Below, one piece after another: positions 28,559-37,375 of a stretch of 64,000 nucleotides of DNA (position 1 is its first letter; every line of letters begins with the position of its first letter). A program made the position numbers and the translations under genes. Source of the stretch: Candidatus Parcubacteria bacterium (lineage in GTDB: Bacteria; Patescibacteriota; Patescibacteriia; Patescibacteriales; UBA12075); contig CAWHBO010000005.1 in assembly GCA_963827735.1 (NCBI GenBank), forward strand, positions 187,669 through 251,668. The letters run 5' to 3'. The notes beneath the pieces are model-generated. The model worked only from the letters and a program-made list of their open reading frames with translations. It ran no database searches and was not told where the DNA came from.

Positions 28559-28672
28559 TTTCAAGACCCACAAATCTACAAATTTCAACAAATCAACAAA
28601 TCCGATTTAAACGTTTTATATAAAATTTCTAGATTTGTTGTGAATTTGTTGATTTGTGGGTAAAATATAAAC
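28559..28672. repeat. AT-rich palindromic element of the same family as 8216-8322 (IR acccacaaatc...gatttgtgggt)
   Basis: acccacaaatctacaaatttcaacaaatcaacaaatc versus the reverse complement of gatttgttgtgaatttgttgatttgtgggt. Immediately upstream of ndk. Confidence 0.8.
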
Positions 28673-28691
28673 TATAATTTTTTGACATTTT

Positions 28692-29294
28692 ATGAAGACT
28701 GAAAAAACATTAGTGATCATCAAACCGGATGGAGTCCAGCGCTCTTTGATTGGAGAGATCGTTAAACGCTATGAACGAGTCGGCCTTAAGCTCATTGCCA
28801 TGAAGATGGTACAGCCGGCGGAAGATATGGCGACCAGGCATTATTACGAAGTGGGGGGCGATGAATGGATTGAAGAAGTTGGACGCAAAGCGCGCGCCGC
28901 TTATGAGAAAAAAGGCCAGGAATCACCGTATAAGACCAACAAAGACAATGGCTGGGCAGTGCTTAAAGCCAATGCCAAGTATTTAAGCGCCGGGCCGGTC
29001 GTTGCCATGATCTGGCAAGGAGCCTCGGCCGTTGAATTGGTCAGAAAACTTACCGGCGCCACCGCGCCTCTTATGGCTGACGTCGGAACGATCCGCGGTG
29101 ATTTTACGCTTGATTCATACGCTTTGGCCGATACAGATCAGAGAAGCGTCAGGAATTTGATCCACGCTTCCGGAACGACTGATGAAGCAAGACAAGAGAT
29201 TAAGATCTGGTTTGAGGAAGATGAGATTATGAAATATAAAAGCATACAGGAAAGGATTTTGTATGATGTTAATTTGGATGGGATTAGGGAATAG
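28692..29294 (+). CDS. ndk: Nucleoside diphosphate kinase (extended, 200 aa)
   Basis: LVIIKPDGVQRSLIGEIVKRYERVGLKLIAMKM, an NDK fold with insertions. Confidence 0.8.
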   Translation: MKTEKTLVIIKPDGVQRSLIGEIVKRYERVGLKLIAMKMVQPAEDMATRHYYEVGGDEWIEEVGRKARAAYEKKGQESPYKTNKDNGWAVLKANAKYLSAGPVVAMIWQGASAVELVRKLTGATAPLMADVGTIRGDFTLDSYALADTDQRSVRNLIHASGTTDEARQEIKIWFEEDEIMKYKSIQERILYDVNLDGIRE

Positions 29295-29354
29295 GAAATT
29301 AGGAAATTAGAAATTAAGAAATTGGGATATTTGGATATCTAGATTGGGAAAATA

Positions 29355-29382
29355 TTGACAAATATAATAGTTGTCCTATAAT
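29355..29382 (+). promoter_or_regulatory. Strong sigma70-like promoter (TTGACA, 16-nt spacer, TATAAT) driving a leaderless small ORF
   Basis: ttgaca at 29355-29360 and tataat at 29377-29382. Confidence 0.5.
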
Positions 29383-29390
29383 GATTATAT

Positions 29391-29489
29391 ATGAATAAAA
29401 CCACCCCAAAACTGAGCATTTCACAAACCATCATTATTATGGTCGTCTTGTTGCTTGGCGCTCGGGTGGCTCGTTTAGCGGTTGTGTAA
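29391..29489 (+). CDS. Small hydrophobic peptide (32 aa, MNKTTPKLSISQTIIIMVVLLLGARVARLAVV)
   Basis: ATG about 9 nt after the -10 element. Single TM-like helix. Followed by a terminator hairpin at 29507-29540 (aaggccatcc / ggacggcctt, then a T-run). Not in the supplied ORF track because it is shorter than 60 aa. Confidence 0.45.
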   Translation: MNKTTPKLSISQTIIIMVVLLLGARVARLAVV

Positions 29490-29646
29490 AAAGTTTACAT
29501 AAAGACAAAAAAGGCCATCCGAAAAGGACGGCCTTTTTTGTTGGTTCTTTGAAAAAGAAAAAAGAATAAAAAAATAAAAAGAACAAGAAGAATGAAAAGA
29601 CGGATATTGGGAGATTTGGAAATTAGAATATTGGAAAGTTAGAGAG

Positions 29647-29895
29647 TTGGTATTATTAATCTTTAAGAAAAAGGAGAAAAACATGGATATTCAAGCAATG
29701 GAATCAGAAGACAGAACCAATGAATGGGTAGAGAAAGGAGTGAGGGTAAGGAATAATATATCAACGCAAATTAATGTTTTGGAAAAAAGATTGATATCAG
29801 GAAATGGGTATGATCGAGAGAAAACCATGTTTGATCTGGAAACGGCTCAAAAGGGGCTTACGAAATTTTTTGAAAAACATCCACCAATGTTTTAA
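29647..29895 (+). CDS. Hypothetical small protein (82 aa)
   Basis: ORF with a plausible RBS (aaggag 29670-29675). Followed by a ccgcatgcgg palindrome at 29914-29925. Confidence 0.35.
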   Translation: MVLLIFKKKEKNMDIQAMESEDRTNEWVEKGVRVRNNISTQINVLEKRLISGNGYDREKTMFDLETAQKGLTKFFEKHPPMF

Positions 29896-30091
29896 CGTTT
29901 CCAAACAACAAAAGCCGCATGCGGATTTTACCCCGTAAGAAATCCTTAGCGCGAGGCCGGAGTATCACCGGATAGCGGAAGGGCAAGGCTTAACATTGCA
30001 ACCGGAAAAAGCGGATTATCGCTTTTTCCGGTTGCCTCAAAATTTTTGTAATTTTCTTGCATATTCTTATAAATATGGTATAATTATCCAC

Positions 30092-30162
30092 ATAATGGTG
30101 AATTTATAATCACCATTAGGGAAAACAAGAAAACGCCCCGCAGTAATGCGGGGCGTTTTTTT
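30092..30162 (+). ncRNA. Candidate about 70-nt small RNA (promoter TTGCAT-16-TATAAT at 30058-30085; two hairpins; intrinsic terminator)
   Basis: ttgcat at 30058-63 and tataat at 30080-85. Transcript contains hairpin aatggtga/tcaccatt and terminator gccccgcagtaatgcggggc followed by 7 U. Confidence 0.45.
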
Positions 30163-30319
30163 ATTTCCGCCCGCCACGAGGTCGCAAAGCGACTTTTTCA
30201 GGGGCGTGCCACGAGGTTGCAAAGCAACTTTTCGTGGCTAATGTAAGCTTATAATTTTTGACAAAAAGATATTTTTTTGTTATTATAAAGGACAGGTATT
30301 ATTATTTGTTATAAAAAAA

Positions 30320-30964
30320 ATGATTTTTGTGTTTCTGCAAACTTTCGCTTGTTTGATGTTTAAAACTCTGGGGAGGCTGTTTTTTGATTTGGAAGTAAAG
30401 GGCACAGAAAATCTTAAGGGATATGGGGAAAAAGGAATGATTTTTGCCGCCAATCATCAGGGGGCTTTTGATCCTTTTGTCATCGGCATGGCAACCCCCA
30501 TGGATTATCTTATAAAAAATTTCTTCCGGAAAAAATGCATAAAGATCCTGACTTATCATAAGTTTATGGAAAAATGGTACGGAGTCGTGATCTGGCTCCT
30601 CGGGTCTTTCGCGGTTTATCCGAAGACCGGCGACATCGCGGTTTCAACCGCGCAAGCAGTAAAGTATTTACAAAAGAATCAAGATATCATGATTTTTCCC
30701 ATTGGCAGAAGAGAGCCGGAGTTGAATCCGGAAGAGGCCAAGCGAGGAGTGTCATATATCGCCGAAAAGACCGGCGCTCAAATCATTCCGGTTTTGATAA
30801 AAGGCACCTTTGGTATTTCGGTAAAAGATTTTATCTTCAAAAGAAAAAAAGTTCTCGTAAAATTCGGTCTCGTGTTTTCTTTGGAAGACATAAGAATGGG
30901 CGATGTGACTTTTGCAAAAGAGGCGGTGGAGGTGATGAAGAGGGTGAAGGAGCTTGAGGAATAA
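30320..30964 (+). CDS. plsC: 1-acyl-sn-glycerol-3-phosphate acyltransferase (PlsC family); real start possibly the ATG near 30437
   Basis: H(X)4D motif NHQGAFD and FPIGRR (FPEGTR-like). Terminator hairpin at about 31003-31030. Confidence 0.7.
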   Translation: MIFVFLQTFACLMFKTLGRLFFDLEVKGTENLKGYGEKGMIFAANHQGAFDPFVIGMATPMDYLIKNFFRKKCIKILTYHKFMEKWYGVVIWLLGSFAVYPKTGDIAVSTAQAVKYLQKNQDIMIFPIGRREPELNPEEAKRGVSYIAEKTGAQIIPVLIKGTFGISVKDFIFKRKKVLVKFGLVFSLEDIRMGDVTFAKEAVEVMKRVKELEE

Positions 30965-31222
30965 AAATTACAAAATAAAATATAGTTTAAAATAAGCCCA
31001 AAACAACGTCATCCGCTTGACGTTTTTTTGTTTTTATGCTATATTTATCTATCAATTTACTGTGGTAGAACTGCGCCTATGTTTTCTACAAGTCTCTGTT
31101 GGTGTTGGTATGTTTATCAAGATTAACAGAGAGATGAAGAAAAACAGGATATAGGAGGGCCGGCTTCGTCAGAGGTCCTTTGACAATTTATACAAAAACA
31201 ATTTTATCTGGAGGATGAAAAA

Positions 31223-32779
31223 ATGAGAATAAAGATAAATAGCACAACGGATGTAGACAGGCGAGTAAAAGAGGTAAATAAAGAAAGTTGGCTGATATAT
31301 TTTTTGTTTAGTTTTTTTCTAAGACCCCTTAAGGCGGAATGGGTGAAAGCTACGAATGATTTAAAGAAAAAACTTGAAGACAAAGAGAAGTGGATGAGCG
31401 TTTGCGAAATCGAGCATCTTGATGAGGAAACTATTCATTCAATGAAAATTTCCATTGAAAAAGATCGCAAGATTTTAACGGTTTTGAAAGACAAAATACG
31501 AAGCCTTGAAACCCCACTGGACGAAAAGAAAATCGCTGAAGAACAAAAAATAAGCTTAGAAGCAAAGATGGACGCAGAAGCATGCGCACTCAAGGTAAAA
31601 ACCGATAAATTTGATAAAGAACATGTAAGCGGAATAGACATTGCAGAATACGTGTCCTTGTTTTATAAAAAAGAAGCTCAAATGAAAGCCGTAGGCAAGA
31701 TGTGCGTGGCATGGACAGTACTTTTTGTAAGTATCTTTATGATTTCACTGATTGTTGGTTTGGCTTATTATTTTTTCTCTCCATTTGAATTTTGTAAAAA
31801 GACCATCTCACTCATTCTTGTTCTGATTATTTTTGCGCCTATTGTACGTCGGGTTGTCCTGAAATCATATCGAACCGTTCCGGAAAAAGAGGAATGGCTT
31901 ATGCAGTGGTTTGGTAAATATCTGACCACTTGGGAGCCGGGACTCCGTTTTCGTTTTCCGTTTTTTATGAATCGTGGAGCCAGAGTAACCCTTAAAACTT
32001 TTTCGATTCCGCTTTTTAGAGGTGATGAAAAAAATACGAAAGATAAAGCTGGCGCGGAAGGAAGAAAAGATGCTGATGTAGAGTTCTCCGATACTTCCGC
32101 GGGAGTTGATGCGGATTTGTTTATTAGGATTGTTGATTCATTTTTATCAGTTTACGCGGTTGATCATATGGTTTCTTCTGTCCGTAAAAACATGGAAACC
32201 GGCATCAGAGCTTACTACGGTGGTGAAGATCTGGACAGCGCGATCGAAGGAAAAGTTGATGTCAGCCTCAGGAGCATTATAACCGAGAATGCGACAGACG
32301 CCTCAAATTTTAAAGATTGGGGAGTCAGGGTTGTCAGTTTGGCGATTGGAGATTTTATTCTTTCTCCGGAGTTGGATGCTCAACGGCAATTGATGTATAG
32401 CGCAGAGAATAAATTAAAAAGAGCAGCAGTTGAAATACAAACAGAAGAGAAGGAAGTAATAAAGAAAAAGCTACAAGGCCAAGGTGACGGTGAAAAATTG
32501 AAGCAATTTGCAGAATCTTTTGGAGTGCCAGTAAAGGATGCCCTTGCATATATTCTTCAAACAAAGAAATATGATGCTTATGAGAAAGCTGGCATATTGA
32601 TTGCTGGTAACTCCATGGGCACAAGTATGGATTCTGCGCTTTCAGGTGCTGTTGCCGGAGCCGCCGCACAGGCTGGTCTAAACGTTAAGTCTGCAAAAGA
32701 TAAAAATACCGAAACGCCAATTGAAGAGAAAGTTGTTGAGAAAAAGGACGATAATCAAAAGAAAAAAAAGCAAAAATAG
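31223..32779 (+). CDS. SPFH/band-7 domain membrane protein with an N-terminal coiled-coil and a Lys-rich tail
   Basis: TM helices followed by WEPGLRFRFPFFMNRGARVTLKTFSIPL, typical of SPFH (HflK/C-like) domains. Confidence 0.55.
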   Translation: MRIKINSTTDVDRRVKEVNKESWLIYFLFSFFLRPLKAEWVKATNDLKKKLEDKEKWMSVCEIEHLDEETIHSMKISIEKDRKILTVLKDKIRSLETPLDEKKIAEEQKISLEAKMDAEACALKVKTDKFDKEHVSGIDIAEYVSLFYKKEAQMKAVGKMCVAWTVLFVSIFMISLIVGLAYYFFSPFEFCKKTISLILVLIIFAPIVRRVVLKSYRTVPEKEEWLMQWFGKYLTTWEPGLRFRFPFFMNRGARVTLKTFSIPLFRGDEKNTKDKAGAEGRKDADVEFSDTSAGVDADLFIRIVDSFLSVYAVDHMVSSVRKNMETGIRAYYGGEDLDSAIEGKVDVSLRSIITENATDASNFKDWGVRVVSLAIGDFILSPELDAQRQLMYSAENKLKRAAVEIQTEEKEVIKKKLQGQGDGEKLKQFAESFGVPVKDALAYILQTKKYDAYEKAGILIAGNSMGTSMDSALSGAVAGAAAQAGLNVKSAKDKNTETPIEEKVVEKKDDNQKKKKQK

Positions 32780-32788
32780 GAGGATCAA

Positions 32789-33469
32789 ATGATTGATCAA
32801 ACAAAATATGATATTTTTCCAGAAGATGAAACAGACAATTCGTCCGGAACGAAAGTTCTTAACGATAAAGACGTGGTGGAAAATAAAAAAACAAATTTTA
32901 CAATAAAAATTCCACCATGGCTAACAGAAATTTTAGCTGGCCTAGGCATTGTCGCCTTTGTGATTGTTTGGTTCAAAATCGGTCCGGGCTTATTGGCTGA
33001 CATATTTTTTCCAACCGCAAGAGGTGCCCTTTGGTTAAACATTATGTCGGACATCGGCGGGGCGATTGTTGGAACGGTTGGTTATTATGTTTTTCTTTCT
33101 TCAATCAAGCCAAAGAACGGAACAATCATTTTTACTTTAAGTATGATTTTTCTGTTGTTGATGCATATCACCATGGTATCCATTTCGCACGTCCAAATAG
33201 CTTCTCACGCAAGAGTGGCTGAAAGCGACGTTATAGTTCTTAAGAAAGGCCTCCATAAAATTGTTGTCAGAAAGGGTGAACTGACAGATGGCTATTACGA
33301 CACAGATGGCGATATCGTAAGAATGGAATCGCCCAATAAAAATTTTATACTTATAAAGGCCGATAACAACCCCTTGTCCCCCTGGGAAATAAAAAAGTGG
33401 CAGAAAGAAGATTTTCTTTTTAAAATTCAATCTTTCGCCGACCAGGAGATTATTATCCAAGTTAAATAG
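32789..33469 (+). CDS. Hypothetical membrane protein
   Basis: Several TM segments. Followed by a 14-bp perfect-stem terminator at 33491-33533. Confidence 0.5.
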   Translation: MIDQTKYDIFPEDETDNSSGTKVLNDKDVVENKKTNFTIKIPPWLTEILAGLGIVAFVIVWFKIGPGLLADIFFPTARGALWLNIMSDIGGAIVGTVGYYVFLSSIKPKNGTIIFTLSMIFLLLMHITMVSISHVQIASHARVAESDVIVLKKGLHKIVVRKGELTDGYYDTDGDIVRMESPNKNFILIKADNNPLSPWEIKKWQKEDFLFKIQSFADQEIIIQVK

Positions 33470-33711
33470 GCAATAATGCCTAAAATATCCATAACCTCAT
33501 AAGCAAAATATCGCTTATGAGGTTATTTTTTTAATCAAAAATTATTTGCAAAAACTGCTTGACAAATACCGCTTGACAAATATGGTAAAAAGTGATATAC
33601 TCGTTTCAAGAATAAATATGCTCATTTTATCGTATAAATATATTTACAAGTGGAAGGTAGGTATATTTATCAATATTAAAAACAAATTTACTACTCAAAA
33701 AGGAGGTAGGT

Positions 33712-34040
33712 ATGGAAAAGAAATTCAGTCTTATAACGGCAGTAATAGCAATCATAATGGGGGCAATCTTTTTTTCATCGCCTGTCCTTGCCGGAGGCGA
33801 CGGTTATTCAGTCAAACAGGCTGAAGATCTGTGGCAATATGGTGTTGCTGATAAACAAAAGGCAATCACAGTGTTGGAAAAAGTGATAGACCAAAAACCT
33901 TCAAACAACAAGGCGCGTTATCTGTTGGGGCAATATAATTTTGAACTTGGCAAATTTGATGAGGCTTACAAAGCTTTTTCTCCCAATCCGGTTAAAGTGG
34001 ATTATGGCAAAGAGATCGCTGACCTCTACTTTAAAAATGC
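33712..34040 (+). CDS. Small secreted TPR-like protein, 3'-truncated at the compositional junction (the ORF runs artificially into high-GC DNA)
   Basis: Signal peptide [29 protein letters not shown] and TPR-like helices. No stop codon before the GC shift at about 34040. Confidence 0.55.
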
Positions 34041-34043
34041 CGA

Positions 34044-35025
34044 GTCAAGGAGGATCAGGACTACCTCCAGCGCCACCCCGACGGCCCCACCTGCCATTTC
34101 CCTCGGCCGGGCTGGAAGCTGCCGCGCCGCTACCAGGAGGAGGGCCGCGACAGCACGCGGTGGCTCGGCTTCCCGTTCCGCGACGGCGACATCGTGATCA
34201 GCACCCCGTCCAAGACCGGGACCACGTGGGCGCAGATGATCTGCGCGCTGCTGATATTCGGCGAGCCGCAGCTCCCGGCCCCGCTCGGGCGCCTGTCGCC
34301 GTGGCTGGATCACCTGGTCGCGCCACGAGATGAGGTACATGCCCTGCTGGCCGCCCAGCAGCACCGGCGGTTCATCAAGACCCACACCCCACTGGACGGC
34401 CTGCCGCTCGACCCCCGCGCCACCTACCTGGTGACCGCCCGGCACCCGCTGGACGTGGCCGTGTCGACCTACCACCACTGCGCCAACATCGACGAGGCAC
34501 GGTGGCGGCAGCTGATGGGCGAGCCCGAGCCGCCGAGGCCACCGCCGCCGCCAGAGCCGCTGCGCGACTGGCTGCTCCGCTGGATCGCCGACGACACCAA
34601 CCCGGCTCGAGGACCTCGACACGCTGCCCGGCCTCATGTACCACCTCACCGACGCCTGGGCCCGGCGCCGCGAGCCGAACATCCTGCTCGTGCACTACGA
34701 CAACCTGTGCGCCGACCTTGACGGCCAGATGCGCTGGCTGGCAGGCCAGCTCGGCATCACCATCCCCGAGCACGCCTGGCCCGCGCTCGTCCGGGCGGCC
34801 ACATTCGAGAACATGTCCCGCAACGCGGACCAGCTGGTCCCTGCCCCCGGCCTGTTCAAGAGCAACGCCGCGTTCTTCCGCCGGGGCACCTCCGGCGAGG
34901 GACGCGAGATCCTCAGCGGCGCCGAGATCGCCGACTACCACGCCCGCGTGGCGGGGATGGCGCCCCCCGACATGCTTGCCTGGCTCCACTCGCCCCGCCC
35001 CGGAGCCGTGACGGCAATGCCGTAA
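34044..35025 (+). pseudogene. PAPS-dependent sulfotransferase, 5'-truncated at the junction and split by a frameshift near 34600-34615
   Basis: 5'-PSB motif TPSKTGTTW and 3'-PB motif RHPLDVAVS in frame 0. The C-terminal part ([25 protein letters not shown]...FFRRGTSGEGREI) is in another frame. No start codon on the high-GC side. Confidence 0.65.
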
Positions 35026-35383
35026 TCACGACTGGCCCCGCGGGCCACCGATAGGGCGCGGCAGTACCGGCTCATCCCGCCGCAGGCCCGAGAGTGGCAC
35101 CAGGCGAGCAGCCGGGCGGCCCGCCTCGCCGGAGGGTGAGTGTTCAGGACGTCCAGCGGCGCTGTGAGCCCTCGCAATCAGCCAGCCGCCACATCATCGC
35201 CAACTGTGGCCTGACGGCAATAGACAACGTCGAACGCAGAGTCGGGCGCGTCCGATTCTGGGAGCGGATTGGGAGCGGAGGTCCGCCGTCAGCCGCGGTC
35301 AGATGCGGTCAGACTCAGCATGCCCATGCCTGCGACCTGCGGATACGTCGCTCAACCGCCGCATCGACAGCTCACGCGCCCAG

Positions 35384-35428
35384 TTCGGGACGAAGAGGCC
35401 GCCGGTTCAAATCCGGCCACCCCGACCC
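35384..35428 (+). other. tRNA 3'-half-like element (anticodon loop to acceptor; T-arm GCCGG-TTCAAAT-CCGGC), copy 1 of a direct repeat
   Basis: gttcgggacgaagaggccgccggttcaaatccggccaccccgacc. No matching 5' acceptor or D-arm upstream. Followed by a hairpin. Confidence 0.5.
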
Positions 35429-35517
35429 AGGTCACAGGCCCGTTTCCCCTCACGAGGAGCGGGCCTTCCCCTTGCCGAGCGCCACTGGTGCGCCAAGACG
35501 CCGCGTCCACGACTCGA

Positions 35518-35724
35518 TCACCTTGCCGTGAGCGTCGGGCGCCAGATGGGCGTACTCGTCACCGCCTGGGTGGCTGGGATGACCGCTCGCGCAGCACCAC
35601 GTACCACGCTCACCCCCGCGACCCCGGGCGCGGCGCCCGCCACAATCGCTGGCCCAGAGCCCAGAAAGGGACCAGCCATCGCCGTCAGGGCGAGGCCCAC
35701 CAAAGCGGCGGCTTTCATCGTCAT
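35518..35724 (-). CDS. Small secreted protein (68 aa, signal-peptide-like N-terminus)
   Basis: MTMKAAALVGLALTAMAGPFLGSGP... with good GC3. Local AT-richer patch upstream (RBS-like ggaaagg). Confidence 0.3.
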   Translation of the reverse strand: MTMKAAALVGLALTAMAGPFLGSGPAIVAGAAPGVAGVSVVRGAARAVIPATQAVTSTPIWRPTLTAR

Positions 35725-36197
35725 TTTTTCCGTACCTTTCCGCATTGATCCCCGGCTAGCTTGCGATACACCCTTCTTGTGCGGGCCCTGATTTAGCGCA
35801 TTGCGCTGGGGCCGTCGGCTCGCCCGGGCCGGCCACGGCGGTGCGACGGAATGGAAACTACTCTTAGCCGATACGTCCAAAAGGATTGCCAGGCCGCATG
35901 GGCGAGTGGCTGCCCGCGGCCGCTGAGACGAATCCCCCGCGGAGGTAGCGATGGCCGGACGAGGGCGCGGCAGGCGGAAGAACCGGCGAAGCCGGGGCGC
36001 GGCGGCAATCGCGGCCGCGGCGATCACGGCCACCGTGGCCGCCGCCGCGGCCTGGCCGATCAGCGACTCGCTCGCCGCCTCGCCGAAGCCCGGCTGGTTC
36101 ACTGGCCGGGGAGTCCGGCCGCGCCGGGCGGGCGGAGTCGCCCTCAGGCATCCGGGCCGGCTGGGACCCCGTACCCTACCGGCGCGCCCGGCTGTCC

Positions 36198-37082
36198 GTG
36201 CCTGGCCGGTGGCTGGTCGAGACCCCGCGCGAGATCTTCTGCCAGCCCCGCTCTGCCGGCATGATCTTCACCGGCGTCAAGCCAGGGATTCCGAAAGGGA
36301 CGGGCTGTGGCCTGACCGCCAGCTACGCCTGGATCGTGCCGGCCGGTCACATCCCGCCAGGAATCAGCCATCGCAAACCGACCGCGGTGATCAACGGCAT
36401 CCGGGTCTACCGGCGGCCAACTGGCCCGAACTCGGTGCTCTACCTCGTGCCGGAACTCAGCGTGCGAGTCGGCGCGCACGGACCGCTCGGCAGGAGGGTA
36501 TTGGCAACGCTGAACAGGTCACCGCTCTCCGTCGTGCTCGGCAAAGGCCGGGCCAGCCCGGTGCCCGCCCGCTGGGTCTGGCATCAGTTCGGCGGCGTCA
36601 GGTTCGCTGCTCCGCGCACCTGGCACCGGCACCGCCAGACGCAGTGGGCAACCTGCGGCACCGGCGTCGTGCCGGGCTCGCTGGTGCTGATCGATGCGAT
36701 CAAGCCGCCGCTCGCCCTGCCCTGCCCGTTCCCACTCCCCTACGCTGACACGTTCGCGGCCCAGCCTGGCCTGACGGCCGTCACCGGGAAGTTCGCGGCC
36801 AGGTCGGTCGGCGAGCGCTTCACCCGCTGCCAGCAGCGCCATCGCGCCCGGATCTGCCTGGCCGCGGTCACCGGCCATGGCGGCTTCCTCAGCGGCGTGC
36901 TGATCTTCTCGGTCTCTCAGGCCGCACCACCACCCAGCGGCTTTCTTCCTGCTGGGGCTGTCAGGATCAGGTGCACGCGCCCGGGCGATCTTCGACTCAA
37001 TGACACTCAGATAGCCCAGCTCCACCCGAAGCCCTCAGGGCAGCAGGCACGCACTAAGGCCCGTTCACGACTACCTGTCTAA
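36198..37082 (+). CDS. Hypothetical protein (W/Y-rich, strong GC3 bias). A Sec/TAT-like signal peptide is encoded upstream in a different frame (35951-36100), suggesting a frameshifted N-terminus
   Basis: High third-position GC across 36110-37082. Upstream frame encodes RRKNRRSRGAAAIAAAAITATVAAAAAW. Confidence 0.45.
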   Translation: MPGRWLVETPREIFCQPRSAGMIFTGVKPGIPKGTGCGLTASYAWIVPAGHIPPGISHRKPTAVINGIRVYRRPTGPNSVLYLVPELSVRVGAHGPLGRRVLATLNRSPLSVVLGKGRASPVPARWVWHQFGGVRFAAPRTWHRHRQTQWATCGTGVVPGSLVLIDAIKPPLALPCPFPLPYADTFAAQPGLTAVTGKFAARSVGERFTRCQQRHRARICLAAVTGHGGFLSGVLIFSVSQAAPPPSGFLPAGAVRIRCTRPGDLRLNDTQIAQLHPKPSGQQARTKARSRLPV

Positions 37083-37375
37083 TAACACTGTCGCTTCCGG
37101 CAGCCGACTTCTAGCACTCCCGAAATGACAATCTGCGCGTGGCAGGCAACTCGCAACGCCGGTGACTTCGCCGCGCCCATTCGGCGGTCGGGGTCAATCC
37201 AACCGCCCGGGCCGCTGTCACGCGTCGTGATCGCTCTTCGATGTGGCGGTGTGCCAAGCCTCCGTGCACGGAAACTTAGCCACGCAGAGCTAAGCTGCCG
37301 TCACTGTCGATCAACAGGCCGGGGCCGGTTGTGCCGAGGTGAGGAGGGCGGTCACCGGGGTCCGTCACGAGGCCG

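Noticed and set aside
29912-30050. Possible SRP/4.5S RNA (GGAAGG...CAAGG-like motif) downstream of the small ORF
   Set aside because: The motif match to the conserved SRP domain IV is weak. Only generic hairpins (ccgcatgcgg; caaccggaaaaagcg/cgctttttccggttg) are evident.
34026-34989. Minus-strand ORFs 34026..34682 and 34375..34989
   Set aside because: Antisense to the sulfotransferase, which has clear PAPS-binding motifs on the plus strand. Their composition is typical of off-frame high-GC ORFs.
35330-35430. Intact tRNA gene (GGTTCAAATCC T-loop); likewise at 42280-42370
   Set aside because: No complementary 5' acceptor strand (cggggtg) or D-arm can be found upstream in either copy. Only the 3' half is present.
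35951-36748. 265-aa plus-strand ORF as a single gene
   Set aside because: Only the first about 50 codons (a signal-peptide-like segment) have coding character. Downstream, the GC3 signal switches to the frame of the 36198 ORF.
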